Shown: positions 49,229 to 59,244 of the stretch, piece after piece | Numbering within the stretch: position 1 is the first letter of the stretch | Layout: every line of letters starts with the position of its first letter | Origin: Candidatus Fermentibacteraceae bacterium | GTDB lineage: Bacteria; Fermentibacterota; Fermentibacteria; Fermentibacterales; JCC-6 | Direction: 5' to 3' | DNA length: 64,000 bases | NCBI GenBank assembly: GCA_016744855.1 | Contig: JADGDO010000001.1 | Location: forward strand, 256,765-320,764 | Notes under the pieces: model-generated | Database searches by the model: none | Seen by the model: only the letters and a program-made list of their open reading frames with translations | Told to the model about the DNA's origin: nothing | Translations under genes and position numbers: made by a program

Positions 49229-49771
49229 CTATTTGGCAGCCGCAAGATAGCGAATGTCCTCAAGGCTTATTTTGCTTCCAGGACACTCTGTGGAAGACCC
49301 TTCGACTAATCTATGCAGTGTTATAGAGTCTATGTCCAGTGAATATTCCAGAATAAGAGCTCGCAAAAGGAGAGAAAGGGAGCTCAGCTGGAGAGCAGAA
49401 GGTTCATTTAAGTTGAAATTCCCTACAAGGCAAATCCCAATAGAATCATGATTTCCTCCCTTAGCATGAGCACCTTTGAAGGGAAGCAACCTTCCCTTTT
49501 CAATTTCCCCGTCATCGCTGTATGACCCATTACCTATTACGTAATGATATCCTATATCATTCCAACCATTTATCATTCGATGCAATACTCTGAACAAAGC
49601 GGCATTTCCTGTTTCAGTTGCAGAATGATGTATGACAATTCTCCTGATTGATTCCATTTGGGGAGATTGTGGATCTGCAAGTGGCTGAGACAATAACAGA
49701 GCTTTCTTCTCAATTTCATCTGACTTATCACATACTAGGCCTGTCTCTCTTAACCACTCTGTGTATTTCAT
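49229..49771 (-). CDS. N-acetylmuramoyl-L-alanine amidase (Amidase_2/PGRP family)
   Basis: IVIHHSA, GWNDIGYHYVI, GAH, SIGICLVGNF, H......TECPG. Confidence 0.9.
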   Translation of the reverse strand: MKYTEWLRETGLVCDKSDEIEKKALLLSQPLADPQSPQMESIRRIVIHHSATETGNAALFRVLHRMINGWNDIGYHYVIGNGSYSDDGEIEKGRLLPFKGAHAKGGNHDSIGICLVGNFNLNEPSALQLSSLSLLLRALILEYSLDIDSITLHRLVEGSSTECPGSKISLEDIRYLAAAK

Positions 49772-49834
49772 TTATATTCGCTCCGTACGAAAATATTATT
49801 GTTTTGACCTGTGTTCAATTATGGAGGTAATATT

Positions 49835-50668
49835 ATGCCCGATCGCAATGTAGGTACAAGGGTTGGTGTTTATGTTGATGTTTCAAATCTGACGATGAAT
49901 GGCGGATACGGCATGCGCTACGAAGTTCTCCGAGAATTTGCCTGCCGAAACGGAGCCCGTCCAGTCCGCTTGAATGCTTATGTAAGTTTTGATGAGGTTA
50001 GAGCAAGAACTGATTTTGAATACAGAGACAAGCAGAGAAGATTTCACAGCGCTCTTCGCGATATTGGCTTCAAGGTTATAAGAAAAATTGTCAAATGGTA
50101 TACAGATGAAACCGGTGCCAGATTTGGAAAAGCAAATGTAGATCTTGATCTGGCTGTAGATGCACTTCTTCAGTCTGACAAGCTCGATAAGGTTTTGATT
50201 GCAACCGGAGACGGCGATTTCGTAAGGGTCATAAGCACAATACAGAACAAGGGCTGTCGTGTAGAGGTTCTGGGTTTTGATAATGTATCGCGTGAACTCA
50301 GGGACGAAGCTGACCTATACATTTCAGGTTTCCTGGTGCCGAATCTTCTCCCTTTCAAAGGGCTGGATGACTACTCCAGCTGGGGAGCAAAAGGATCATT
50401 CGTGAGAGGTGTGTGTGTCAGTCACGAAAAAGGATTCGGTTTCTTCAGGTTTCTGGATACTTTCCAGGGAGAATTGTGGTTGATAGATAACAGAGATCCC
50501 GCCTCTCCATATTCAAACATTTTCTTCCACGACTCAAATCTTCCATCGAATGTAGACTATTTCAAACTCCCCGACAGAGATCTTGTCTTCGAGTTCGAAA
50601 TATCTGAGGGAACGGATCCCGGGAAAACTCAGGCAATAAACATCGGCTGCCTAAGAGCGCTGACATAG
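49835..50668 (+). CDS. NYN (LabA/DUF88, PIN-like) domain protein with C-terminal OB/cold-shock-like domain
   Basis: YVDVSN, KANVDLDLAVD, TGDGDF, G.RVEV, S.EL...AD; C-terminal KGFGF...IFFHDS. SD GGAGG before ATG 49835. Confidence 0.85.
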   Translation: MPDRNVGTRVGVYVDVSNLTMNGGYGMRYEVLREFACRNGARPVRLNAYVSFDEVRARTDFEYRDKQRRFHSALRDIGFKVIRKIVKWYTDETGARFGKANVDLDLAVDALLQSDKLDKVLIATGDGDFVRVISTIQNKGCRVEVLGFDNVSRELRDEADLYISGFLVPNLLPFKGLDDYSSWGAKGSFVRGVCVSHEKGFGFFRFLDTFQGELWLIDNRDPASPYSNIFFHDSNLPSNVDYFKLPDRDLVFEFEISEGTDPGKTQAINIGCLRALT

Positions 50669-50701
50669 TCCGGATCTCCCTGGAGAGTTTAGAAACAAAG
50701 A

Positions 50702-51841
50702 CTAAGCAATATCCTTCTTAAGGGTAACAATAAATGTTGAGCCGACTTCGGGAGTACTTTCAACAGATACGTCTCCGTTGTAAAGAGATGCTATCTTTCT
50801 CATTATGGAAAGTCCCAGGCCACTACCCAGAATATTTCTTGTCTTCGAATTCTTGATTCTTACAAACTCGCCGAACAATTTTTCAACTTCGCTCTCTGAC
50901 ATTCCGATTCCTGTATCGGTAACGGCGATTCTAATTGTGTCCGAAAGATTCTCTATGGAAACAGTTACGCTGCCCTTGTCTCTGTTGTACTTAACAGCAT
51001 TTGAGATCAGATTGTTGAAAACTATCTCTAATTCACCACTGTCAGCTGTCATTTCTATTTTATCCTGATTGATTTCCATACTGATTGAAATGCCTCGTCT
51101 GTCAGCTTCAGGTTTCATGGTTTCGATACTATTTCTGGCTGATTCAAGAACATCTATAGAGGATAATTCTCTCTTCTTCTGACCGGATTCCAATCTGGTA
51201 AGATCGAGTAGATCATATATAAGTTTCCTCATGCCGCTGAGTCTAACAAGACTTCTTTTGACAACCTTATCGTGAACTGCAGGGTCCTCCATACCAATTC
51301 CATCTCTGAGAAGATAGAGATAACCCTCAATTGCTCCGAGGGGAGCTTTCAACTCATGGGCCAAAACACTTATAAACTGAAATCTTACTCTTCTTTTTTC
51401 TTTTTCCAGTTCTCGGGCTTGACGCAGCGCAACAAGATGAGCTGCCGCCTGCCTTACTGAAACTTTAAGTTCAGCAGGAGTAAAAGGTTTTGGAAGAAAA
51501 TCGTAGGCACCCTCTTTGGTTGCCGTTATAGCGGTTTCTATTGAAGCATATGCAGTTATCATTATTGCCATAAGATCAAGATCATTCTTGTTAATCCAAT
51601 GGAGTACATCAATTCCGGATATACCACCCATCTTATTATCCAGCAAGACGATGTCAGGCGTAGACTTCTCCATGAGAAGAATTGCATCCTCGCCTGACGA
51701 AGCCTCCACAACATTCAGTTTCACAACCTCGTCTGTATCATCCAGATCCATGGAAAATTTCCGGAGGGATCTCTTTACCCCCAGACGCATTCCTTCCTCA
51801 TCATCAACAATGAGGAGAGTGAGTAGTATTTCTTCACTCAT
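50702..51841 (-). CDS. REC-histidine kinase hybrid
   Basis: N-terminal REC (IVDDE, LDNKM, KPF); LAHELKAP; NLISNAVKY; GSGLGL. Start moved to ATG 51841. Confidence 0.9.
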   Translation of the reverse strand: MSEEILLTLLIVDDEEGMRLGVKRSLRKFSMDLDDTDEVVKLNVVEASSGEDAILLMEKSTPDIVLLDNKMGGISGIDVLHWINKNDLDLMAIMITAYASIETAITATKEGAYDFLPKPFTPAELKVSVRQAAAHLVALRQARELEKEKRRVRFQFISVLAHELKAPLGAIEGYLYLLRDGIGMEDPAVHDKVVKRSLVRLSGMRKLIYDLLDLTRLESGQKKRELSSIDVLESARNSIETMKPEADRRGISISMEINQDKIEMTADSGELEIVFNNLISNAVKYNRDKGSVTVSIENLSDTIRIAVTDTGIGMSESEVEKLFGEFVRIKNSKTRNILGSGLGLSIMRKIASLYNGDVSVESTPEVGSTFIVTLKKDIA

Positions 51842-52232
51842 TTCCGTTGCTTCCCAGCTTGCGTAGCTCTTCTTCAATCTGCTCGAATCGGACAGGTTTT
51901 GAGAGGATAGCATCAGCCGTTATCCAACCTGAAGATTCGTTTGCACCGGGGAATTCAATGCCAGTTTCACCGGTCACATTGGTTACCATGATCACGGCAC
52001 ACTCCGGGAAACTCTTCTTGAGGCGGTATGCCAGCACAAATCCATCATCGTCGTTTTCCATCATGAGATCGATAACAGCTATTTCAGGCGTGAAAGAAGT
52101 GAATGTCTCCTCAGCTTCCTTTCTTCCGGCAGCTGCAACGACCTGGTATCCTCTTGTAGAAAACATCATTTCCATCTGATCCCTGAAGTCTGAATCATCA
52201 TCTACAATAAGTACTTTCTTTACTTCATTCAT
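51834..52232 (-). CDS. Single-domain response regulator
   Basis: LIVDDD, IDLMM, VT, KPV; SD AGGAG. Confidence 0.9.
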   Translation of the reverse strand: MNEVKKVLIVDDDSDFRDQMEMMFSTRGYQVVAAAGRKEAEETFTSFTPEIAVIDLMMENDDDGFVLAYRLKKSFPECAVIMVTNVTGETGIEFPGANESSGWITADAILSKPVRFEQIEEELRKLGSNGNE

Positions 52233-52247
52233 TGTGTATCTCCTCTA

Positions 52248-54248
52248 TCAGTTTTCGGGCCCTCTTCTGGGAAGAGTCACCGTAAATGTGGTTCCAGTAG
52301 CGCCTTTGTCAGGATCCGCGTTGGAGTCCACAGTTATCTGCCCTCTGTGCATTTTTATGATACCGTAGGTTACAGCAAGGCCCAAACCTGTTCCTTCACC
52401 TCGGCCCTTGGTTGTAAAAAACGGCTCGAATATCTTTTTGATATTTGCTCTTGGAATTCCTTTTCCTGTATCTGATACCTTTATCGTTACCTTGTCGGCA
52501 TCCCCGCCACAAACAACAGAGAGAACACCGCTCTCTCCCATTGCATGAAATGCATTTGTTGCCAGATTAGTAAGAACCTGAACTATCTGATCTTCATCGA
52601 AATCAGCATAAGGCTCAAAATCCTCACTTGAAAAGTCAAGCGTTATCCCTTCTGGTCGGCTTATAACGCTGATTACCTTCTCAACCATCTCGGAAACATT
52701 GACCGAGACTCGGGTCACCTTATTCTGCCTGGCAAAATCAAGAAGACCGGCTACTATTTTTTTACATCTGTCAGCATGGACTGTAATGGTCTTAAGATCT
52801 TCCTGAAGCTCTTCATTGTCATCTCCGGCGTGCTCTTCGAGAAGAGTATGTGCATACATCAGCACTACACCAAGTGGATTATTAACCTCATGTGCAATGC
52901 CAGCTGCAAGCTGGCCCATACCTGACATCTTCTCAGCATGCTTGAGAGCAACACGGGTACCGGCAAGCTCATCACTGGTCAAGGCAAGTTCTTCAACAGT
53001 GTTCTTAAGCTGATCGATTGCGAACGGCAGGCACATTTCACTTTCAGCAAGCCCTTTGAAAATTGCTATGGCGTGATTTCGACAGGTTTCATACCCGCAA
53101 GCTCCGCAATTAAGCTCATCCTCAATAGTAAACTTGCCCATTCGTTCCATGATTCTACTGATTTCAACCTCACTGGGAGCCTGCAATCTTGTATCTGAGG
53201 ATGTAAAAGTTCTGTCCAGGTTGAGTGAAGAACATCTCTCCATGGCAATATTCCAGTTGTTGAAATTTATCTTATCAAGAATACTCCTCGCATACTTACT
53301 GACTTTTGCTCTTCTACTGAAAAGTGGGGTTTTGCTTGTCATTCCCGGTCCCATAATGCAACCCTGACAGCAGAGAACTTCAAGCAGTCTCGCCTCGAGA
53401 TCACCGGATTCGAACTCTTTGAGTGCTTCTACAAAGTTGTTTCTACCGTCAGCTGTGACTATTTCTCCTGAAACGAGATCTTCTCTTAAATCAGCAGCCT
53501 GAAGCATCCCTCTGTTAATTGGAAAGAGAGCTCCCAAACCAGGGGTGGGCGGATTGAAATCACTTTCAGAAACCTTTTCCGGGTCAAGGTTCTTGATTGA
53601 AATGAGGGTTCGAAGTTCCGCGAAAGTAATTGATGCAGCAACATCAATGCCTGTATCATCCTCTGCCTCACCTTTTTTAGCGAGACATGGACCTATGAAA
53701 ACAATCTGTGTGTCGTCTCCATACAACATTTTAACCACTTTTGCCTCTGCAACCATAGGTGAAGCAATCGGAGCAAGGCGGGGAACAAGATCAGGAAGAT
53801 ATTTTTCTACATAGCTGACCACTGCAGGACAGGTAACGCCTATATACTTCTTCTCCGGATTATCTATAAGAAGTTTTTTGTATGCATGAGCTACAAGGTC
53901 AGCTCCGAAAGCAACTTCGCAGACATAATCAAATCCCATAGCTCTAATAGTGCCTGCAAATCTCTCGGGTGACACCTCTGAAAATTCAGCCGGGAAACTT
54001 GGTGCAATAATTGCAGCAATTTTTTTCCCGGAAGCAAGAAGGTCTGTAACAACCTCAAGTGAACCAACAGGTTTCTTTGCTCCCCGGGTACAAACCTTTA
54101 CACAGTTTCCACAGCCTATGCAACGATCATTTACAACCTCTGCCTGACCGTTGGTAATTCTTATTGCCTTTGCTGGACATTCCCTTACACAGGTGTAGCA
54201 CATCCTGCATTTGTCTGGAATGGTTTGTACAAGAGGAGATTTACTCAT
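52248..54248 (-). CDS. Putative sensory [FeFe]-hydrogenase (group C) fused to a histidine kinase
   Basis: 2x[4Fe-4S] ferredoxin domain; H-cluster motifs [27 protein letters not shown]; FeS domain NCGACGY.TC...EMCLP; then [11 protein letters not shown] and GTGLGL. Confidence 0.88.
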   Translation of the reverse strand: MSKSPLVQTIPDKCRMCYTCVRECPAKAIRITNGQAEVVNDRCIGCGNCVKVCTRGAKKPVGSLEVVTDLLASGKKIAAIIAPSFPAEFSEVSPERFAGTIRAMGFDYVCEVAFGADLVAHAYKKLLIDNPEKKYIGVTCPAVVSYVEKYLPDLVPRLAPIASPMVAEAKVVKMLYGDDTQIVFIGPCLAKKGEAEDDTGIDVAASITFAELRTLISIKNLDPEKVSESDFNPPTPGLGALFPINRGMLQAADLREDLVSGEIVTADGRNNFVEALKEFESGDLEARLLEVLCCQGCIMGPGMTSKTPLFSRRAKVSKYARSILDKINFNNWNIAMERCSSLNLDRTFTSSDTRLQAPSEVEISRIMERMGKFTIEDELNCGACGYETCRNHAIAIFKGLAESEMCLPFAIDQLKNTVEELALTSDELAGTRVALKHAEKMSGMGQLAAGIAHEVNNPLGVVLMYAHTLLEEHAGDDNEELQEDLKTITVHADRCKKIVAGLLDFARQNKVTRVSVNVSEMVEKVISVISRPEGITLDFSSEDFEPYADFDEDQIVQVLTNLATNAFHAMGESGVLSVVCGGDADKVTIKVSDTGKGIPRANIKKIFEPFFTTKGRGEGTGLGLAVTYGIIKMHRGQITVDSNADPDKGATGTTFTVTLPRRGPEN

Positions 54249-54249
54249 G

Positions 54250-55977
54250 CTACTTCAGAACCTCTCTCTCAGCGTATGAAGTATGAAGCATCTCGTGAGC
54301 CTTATGGCTTCCGGGTTTCTCAAGATGATCTTCATAGAGTTTCATCAAAGAAGCGTTTGAGTGAGCTGTTCGCACAGGAGCAGCTGAATCTATGCTGTAA
54401 AGGGCCATCATTCTTGATCTGATAACCTTCGGGTCGGAGGTAAACGGCTGCCCTCCACCTGCGATGCATCCACCTGGGCAAGTCATCACTTCAATGAAAT
54501 GATAGGATTTCTCACCCGAAAGAATGCTGTCAATAAGCTTTCTAGCATTTCCAAGGCCACTTACTACGGCAGCCTTCACCACAAGATCACCTATTTTTAC
54601 CTCTGTCTCTTTGATTCCCTCAAACCCGCGAACATCCTTAACCTCAAGGTTGGGAAGTTCATCTCCTGTAATCATATGAAAAGCAGTTCTAACAGCGGCT
54701 TCCATAACTCCACCACTTGCTCCGAAGATTTTTCCAGCTGAACTGCGTTCTCCGTAGGGATTGTCTGCCGGTTCTCCCTCAACCTGCTCAAGATCTATTC
54801 CAAACATTTTAATCATTCTGTCAAATTCTCTTGTGGTGAGAACAACATCAACATCCCTGACAGTACCGTCACGCATTCCTGGCCTGTCGCATTCAAACTT
54901 CTTTGCAGTACAGGGCATTATTGAAACATGAAATACCTTTTTAGGATCGAGTTTTTTGTCCCTGGTCCAAATTCTCTTCACAACAGCACCGAGCATCTGC
55001 TGAGGGCTCTTGCATGATGAAACGTTATCAACAAGTTCAGGATAAAACTGTTCCATGAATTTTACCCAGCCAGGAGAACAACTTGTAAACATCGGGAATG
55101 GTCCCCCCGAAGTAACTCTCTGTACCAATTCGTTTGCTTCTTCAATAACAGTAAGATCTGCGCCGAACGAGGTTGGGAATATGTAATCAAAGCCCATCCT
55201 TCTCATCGCACCGTTCATTCTGTCGACAATATCGGTACCGGGTTTGATACCAAAATCCTCGGCGATCGTAACACTGATTGCCGGAGCATGTTGAGCGACC
55301 ACAGTTATGTCTGGGTCGCGTAGTGCTGAAATAACTCTGGCGGTCTCATCTTTTTCGGCAAGAGCTCCAGTAGGGCAAACCATTATGCACTGTCCGCAGT
55401 TGATGCAGCTGGAGACATTCAAGCCCTCTTCAAAAGCACACCCGATATGAGTAGCACTTCCTCTTCCAACAAAATCTATTGCGCTTACTCCCTGTATCTC
55501 CTCGCATACACGAACACACTTTCCACAGAGAATACACTTGTCCGGATCGCGTACGAGTGACGGGCTAGAAACATCAAGATCGTAGGTAGATCTCTCGCCG
55601 TTGTATCTACGTTGTCTTACTCCGAGCTCCTCAGAGTAATCCTGAAGAGTACAGGTTCCGTTGCGGATACAGTAAAGACAATCATCTGGATGGTTGGCAA
55701 GAAGAAGTTCAACAATAGTTCTTCTCGCATTGAGAGCTTTCGGGGAATGTGTCTTGATATCCATACCATCATAGGCAGGCAATGAACAGGACGGGATAAG
55801 ATTTCCCGAGCCGATCTCTTCGACGACACACATTCTGCAGGCACCTGTTGGAGGAAGGCCTTCCATGTGGCACAGTGTGGGTATTGATATTCCGGCTCTT
55901 GAGGCTACTGAAAGAACGGTCTCCCCGTGGCTGGCTTCTAGAACTCTGTTGTTTATTGTTACTTTCATATTTTCCAC
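54250..55977 (-). CDS. hydA: [FeFe]-hydrogenase catalytic subunit, group A3 (HydA/HndD-like)
   Basis: [2Fe-2S], His-ligated [4Fe-4S] and 2x[4Fe-4S] domains; FTSCSPGW, MPCTAKKFE, EVMTCPGGCIAGGGQP. Alternative start ATG 55968. Confidence 0.93.
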   Translation of the reverse strand: MENMKVTINNRVLEASHGETVLSVASRAGISIPTLCHMEGLPPTGACRMCVVEEIGSGNLIPSCSLPAYDGMDIKTHSPKALNARRTIVELLLANHPDDCLYCIRNGTCTLQDYSEELGVRQRRYNGERSTYDLDVSSPSLVRDPDKCILCGKCVRVCEEIQGVSAIDFVGRGSATHIGCAFEEGLNVSSCINCGQCIMVCPTGALAEKDETARVISALRDPDITVVAQHAPAISVTIAEDFGIKPGTDIVDRMNGAMRRMGFDYIFPTSFGADLTVIEEANELVQRVTSGGPFPMFTSCSPGWVKFMEQFYPELVDNVSSCKSPQQMLGAVVKRIWTRDKKLDPKKVFHVSIMPCTAKKFECDRPGMRDGTVRDVDVVLTTREFDRMIKMFGIDLEQVEGEPADNPYGERSSAGKIFGASGGVMEAAVRTAFHMITGDELPNLEVKDVRGFEGIKETEVKIGDLVVKAAVVSGLGNARKLIDSILSGEKSYHFIEVMTCPGGCIAGGGQPFTSDPKVIRSRMMALYSIDSAAPVRTAHSNASLMKLYEDHLEKPGSHKAHEMLHTSYAEREVLK

Positions 55978-55986
55978 ATTCTCCCT

Positions 55987-57981
55987 CTACTGAACCTTGA
56001 CTGCATCGAAAGGACAAACTTCAAGACAGGTTCCGCATCCGATACATTTATCGGGAATGATGTAGTGGGGGCTTTTTCGAGCGCCCATGATTGCTTCGGT
56101 AGGACACTTTTTGGCACAAAGGGTACAGCCTCGGCACTTGTCTGCTATGATGCTGTATTCAAGAAGACCGGTACAAACGCCTGCTGGGCACTTGCGGTCG
56201 AATATATGGGCTTCGTACTCATCCCTGAACCATCTGAGGGTGCTAAGAACAGGATTCGGCGCAGTCTGTCCAAGACCACAGAGGCTGGTCTGTTTGATGA
56301 CTTCTCCCAGTTTCTCCATGTTAACTATTCCCTTGAATCTCTCAAGAGACTGTCTGCCAGTCTCTCCTCTTCTGCCTCTGGTGATAGCTTCGAGCATTTC
56401 AAGCATTCTTCGGGTGCCTTCTCTGCAGGGAATGCACTTACCGCAACTTTCTCTCTGGATGAAATCCATGAAGAATTTTGCCACATCAACCATGCATGTA
56501 TCCTCATCCATAACCACGAGACCACCGGAACCCATCATGGCTCCGAATTCTTTTAAAGAATCATAGTCGACCTTTATGTCGATATGCTGGCTGGGAATAC
56601 AACCTCCGGATGGTCCACCTATCTGGACAGCCTTGAATTTCTTTCCGTTAGGAATTCCACCACCCATCTTAAAAAGAATGTCACTCAGTGAAGTTCCCAT
56701 AGCGACTTCAATAAGACCGGTATTTGCAATTTTGCCGGAGAGTGCGAACACCTTTGTGCCCTTGCTTCCTTCTGTACCAACCGATGAGAACCAGTCTGCC
56801 CCTCTGAGAGCAATAGAAGGAACATTTGCAAGAGTTTCAACGTTATTGATAATTGTTGGTTTTCCGAACAAGCCACTTACGGCAGGATAAGGAGGTTTTG
56901 GAGAAGGCATACCTCTTTTACCCTCTATACTGTTAATAAGGGCAGTTTCCTCACCACAGACGAAAGCGCCGGCTCCCATCTTTATGACAAACTCCAGATC
57001 GAAACCGCTGTCAAGGATATTGTTACCAATGAGTCCCCATTCAGTAGCCTGCTTGATTGCAATTCTTAGTCTCTCAACAGCAAGCGGATACTCAGCTCTG
57101 ATATAAACATAAGCTTTTGTGGCTCCGATAGCATAAGCAGCAATTGCCATTCCTTCTAAAAGACGGTGTGGGTCCCCCTCGATAACCGCTCGATCCATAA
57201 ATGCACCGGGGTCTCCCTCATCTGCATTACAGATTATGTATTTTGAGTCAGCAGGTGTTGCAAGAGCGAATTTCCATTTTTTACCTGTCGGGAAACCTCC
57301 TCCTCCCCTGCCAGCAAGTCCGCTTTTTTCAACGAAATCACAGACGTCAAAGGGAGTCTTGGAGCTGATTGTCTCTGCAAGAGCTTTATAGCCATCCCGA
57401 GCAATGTATTCTCTTATGCTTTCCGGGTTAATAATACCACAGTTCTCCAGTACCCATCTTGTCTGAGGACCGAAAAAAGCATGCTCATCCATGAACTGAA
57501 CACCAGACCAGCTATTAAGTTTTTCTCCTCTGTACTGAGCAAGAGCGAGATTCGCAGGAACCTGACCATTAAGAATGAAAGCATCCATAAGATCGGTTAC
57601 CTTTTCCTCTGTAACAGTCTGGAAAGAAATCCTGGTTCTACCAGGCATCTGTATATCCATAATGGGCTCTACCGCACAAAGACCGACACAACCCACTTCT
57701 ATTATTTCCGCATCAACCGAATGGTGCTCAAGCCAACTTTTCACAACCAAAAGGCTCTTACCGGCTCCGGCACCAAGACCACATGTTCCAGTACCTATAA
57801 AAATGGTAGGCTTTTTTACATCCAATCTGAGTAGCTTTTCTTTACGGCTAACAAGATCGGTTGTACAATCCGAATTATCATGACACTTCGGTCCCGCGGA
57901 AAAACATTCTATTACACTGGGACAGGGCTTCTCGGGTGAATGCCAACACTCATTGCAGCATAATGCCAATCTCTCACTCAT
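55987..57981 (-). CDS. hydB: NAD(H)/FMN-binding hydrogenase subunit (HydB/HndC, NuoF-like)
   Basis: GRGGGGFPTG.KW, NADEGDPGAFMDR, FVCGEETAL, GGPSGGC, ESCGKC.PCREG, C-terminal 2x[4Fe-4S]. Confidence 0.92.
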   Translation of the reverse strand: MSERLALCCNECWHSPEKPCPSVIECFSAGPKCHDNSDCTTDLVSRKEKLLRLDVKKPTIFIGTGTCGLGAGAGKSLLVVKSWLEHHSVDAEIIEVGCVGLCAVEPIMDIQMPGRTRISFQTVTEEKVTDLMDAFILNGQVPANLALAQYRGEKLNSWSGVQFMDEHAFFGPQTRWVLENCGIINPESIREYIARDGYKALAETISSKTPFDVCDFVEKSGLAGRGGGGFPTGKKWKFALATPADSKYIICNADEGDPGAFMDRAVIEGDPHRLLEGMAIAAYAIGATKAYVYIRAEYPLAVERLRIAIKQATEWGLIGNNILDSGFDLEFVIKMGAGAFVCGEETALINSIEGKRGMPSPKPPYPAVSGLFGKPTIINNVETLANVPSIALRGADWFSSVGTEGSKGTKVFALSGKIANTGLIEVAMGTSLSDILFKMGGGIPNGKKFKAVQIGGPSGGCIPSQHIDIKVDYDSLKEFGAMMGSGGLVVMDEDTCMVDVAKFFMDFIQRESCGKCIPCREGTRRMLEMLEAITRGRRGETGRQSLERFKGIVNMEKLGEVIKQTSLCGLGQTAPNPVLSTLRWFRDEYEAHIFDRKCPAGVCTGLLEYSIIADKCRGCTLCAKKCPTEAIMGARKSPHYIIPDKCIGCGTCLEVCPFDAVKVQ

Positions 57982-57982
57982 A

Positions 57983-58450
57983 CTACACTGCCTTCTTTCT
58001 GTAGGATTCTATAATCTCAGGAATCTGGTCAGATTCAAGTCTCGCATGAAACTCACCATTAACTGCAATTACCGGAGCCAATCCGCAAGCACCGATACAA
58101 GCAACGATTTCCAGACTGAAAAGCCCATCCTTTGTGGTTCTTCCAGGCTGAAGTTCAAGTTCTTTTGTTAAGGCTTCAAGAACAGGCAAAGATCCTTTTA
58201 CATGGCAGGCTGTTCCGCGACAGACCTGAATATGAAACTTGCCCATTGGCTCGAATCTGAACTGATTGTAGAATGTTGCTACTCCGTATATTTTGCTTGT
58301 TGGAAGATTGAGGTGACGACCAATGAGTCTTACTGACTCTTTCGAAAGGTAACCCTCCTCACCCTGTACATCCTGGAGAACGGGTATCAATTTGTCCCTT
58401 CCCGCTTCGGGATACTGATTCAGGATTTCATTAATTTTCTCGACACTCAT
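57983..58450 (-). CDS. hydC: [2Fe-2S] hydrogenase subunit (HydC/HndA, NuoE-like)
   Basis: LI.VLQ.VQ...GYL, GVATFY, VCRGTACHVKG, CIGACGLAP. Start moved to ATG 58450. Confidence 0.92.
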   Translation of the reverse strand: MSVEKINEILNQYPEAGRDKLIPVLQDVQGEEGYLSKESVRLIGRHLNLPTSKIYGVATFYNQFRFEPMGKFHIQVCRGTACHVKGSLPVLEALTKELELQPGRTTKDGLFSLEIVACIGACGLAPVIAVNGEFHARLESDQIPEIIESYRKKAV

Positions 58451-58454
58451 ATAT

Positions 58455-59081
58455 TTATTCCCTTTCCTCTGTTTGTCTTGCAAAGTAGGCCACTTTTTCA
58501 AGAGCAGCAGTAACATCTCTGTTCTCTATATAGACTTGCTCAGGCACCTTAAGAGGTACAGGAGCATAATTTAGAATTCCCTTTATTCCTGCATCTATCA
58601 ATTTCTCTGCAACCGACTGAGCCACCGGAGATGGAACAGTAAGAACAGCTACTGAAATATTTTCCCTTTTAATTATTTCTTCAAGTTTATCCTGAGAGTA
58701 ACAATGGGATCCTCCGATTACCCTTCCCGACTTGGTAACATCTGTATCGAATGAGGCGACAATCTTCAGATGTGATCTGCGTCCTGAAAGGAAGGATACA
58801 ATTGCTCTACCTAGGTTTCCCATGCCGACAACAGCTACCCTGGTGGGTTTACTGCCGTCCAGAAATCTGCCGATGCTCTCGGTAAGATCTCTTACCATGT
58901 ATCCCTTACCGGGGCTTCCGGAATATCCAATAGCCATAAGATCTCTTCTGAGCTGAGCAGGGCTGACGCTTGCCATCGATGCCAATTGGTGTGAGAACAG
59001 ATTGATTGTTTGTGCATCAACATGCATTTCCAGCAACCATCTGTACTGACTTAAGCGCTCAACAGTTTTGTCTGAAATCAT
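58455..59081 (-). CDS. rex: Redox-sensing transcriptional repressor Rex
   Basis: TVERL..Y, S.QLA, QLRRDL, G..G.GY, VGMGNLGRA, GIKGILNYAP. Start ATG 59081 (SD GGAG) or 59093. Confidence 0.93.
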   Translation of the reverse strand: MISDKTVERLSQYRWLLEMHVDAQTINLFSHQLASMASVSPAQLRRDLMAIGYSGSPGKGYMVRDLTESIGRFLDGSKPTRVAVVGMGNLGRAIVSFLSGRRSHLKIVASFDTDVTKSGRVIGGSHCYSQDKLEEIIKRENISVAVLTVPSPVAQSVAEKLIDAGIKGILNYAPVPLKVPEQVYIENRDVTAALEKVAYFARQTEERE

Positions 59082-59126
59082 TTCCTGCTCCATCTGTAAC
59101 AATATTTAATATGTTAAAACTTAGTG

Positions 59127-59144
59127 CTGTTATTAATTTCACAA
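59127..59144 (-). promoter_or_regulatory. Putative Rex operator TTGTGAA-ATTA-ATAACAG
   Basis: One perfect and one degenerate half-site of TTGTGAA-N4-TTCACAA, right after the predicted -10 box of the rex-hyd operon. Confidence 0.65.
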
Positions 59145-59151
59145 CACCTAT

Positions 59152-59179
59152 ATTCTAAGCAGGTTTCAACCTGTGTCAA
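59152..59179 (-). promoter_or_regulatory. Sigma70-type promoter of the rex-hyd operon, TTGACA-N16-TAGAAT
   Basis: Minus strand TTGACA (59179-59174) and TAGAAT (59157-59152). Confidence 0.65.
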
Positions 59180-59244
59180 GTCCTGTTCCATTGACTTTTC
59201 TTCCCTATGAGGCTAGAAATGCATTACCTTAAGGGAGGTGCTCT

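Noticed and set aside
55987..58450. nuoE/nuoF of respiratory complex I
   Set aside because: They are adjacent to an H-cluster subunit and no other nuo genes are present, so they are hydrogenase subunits.
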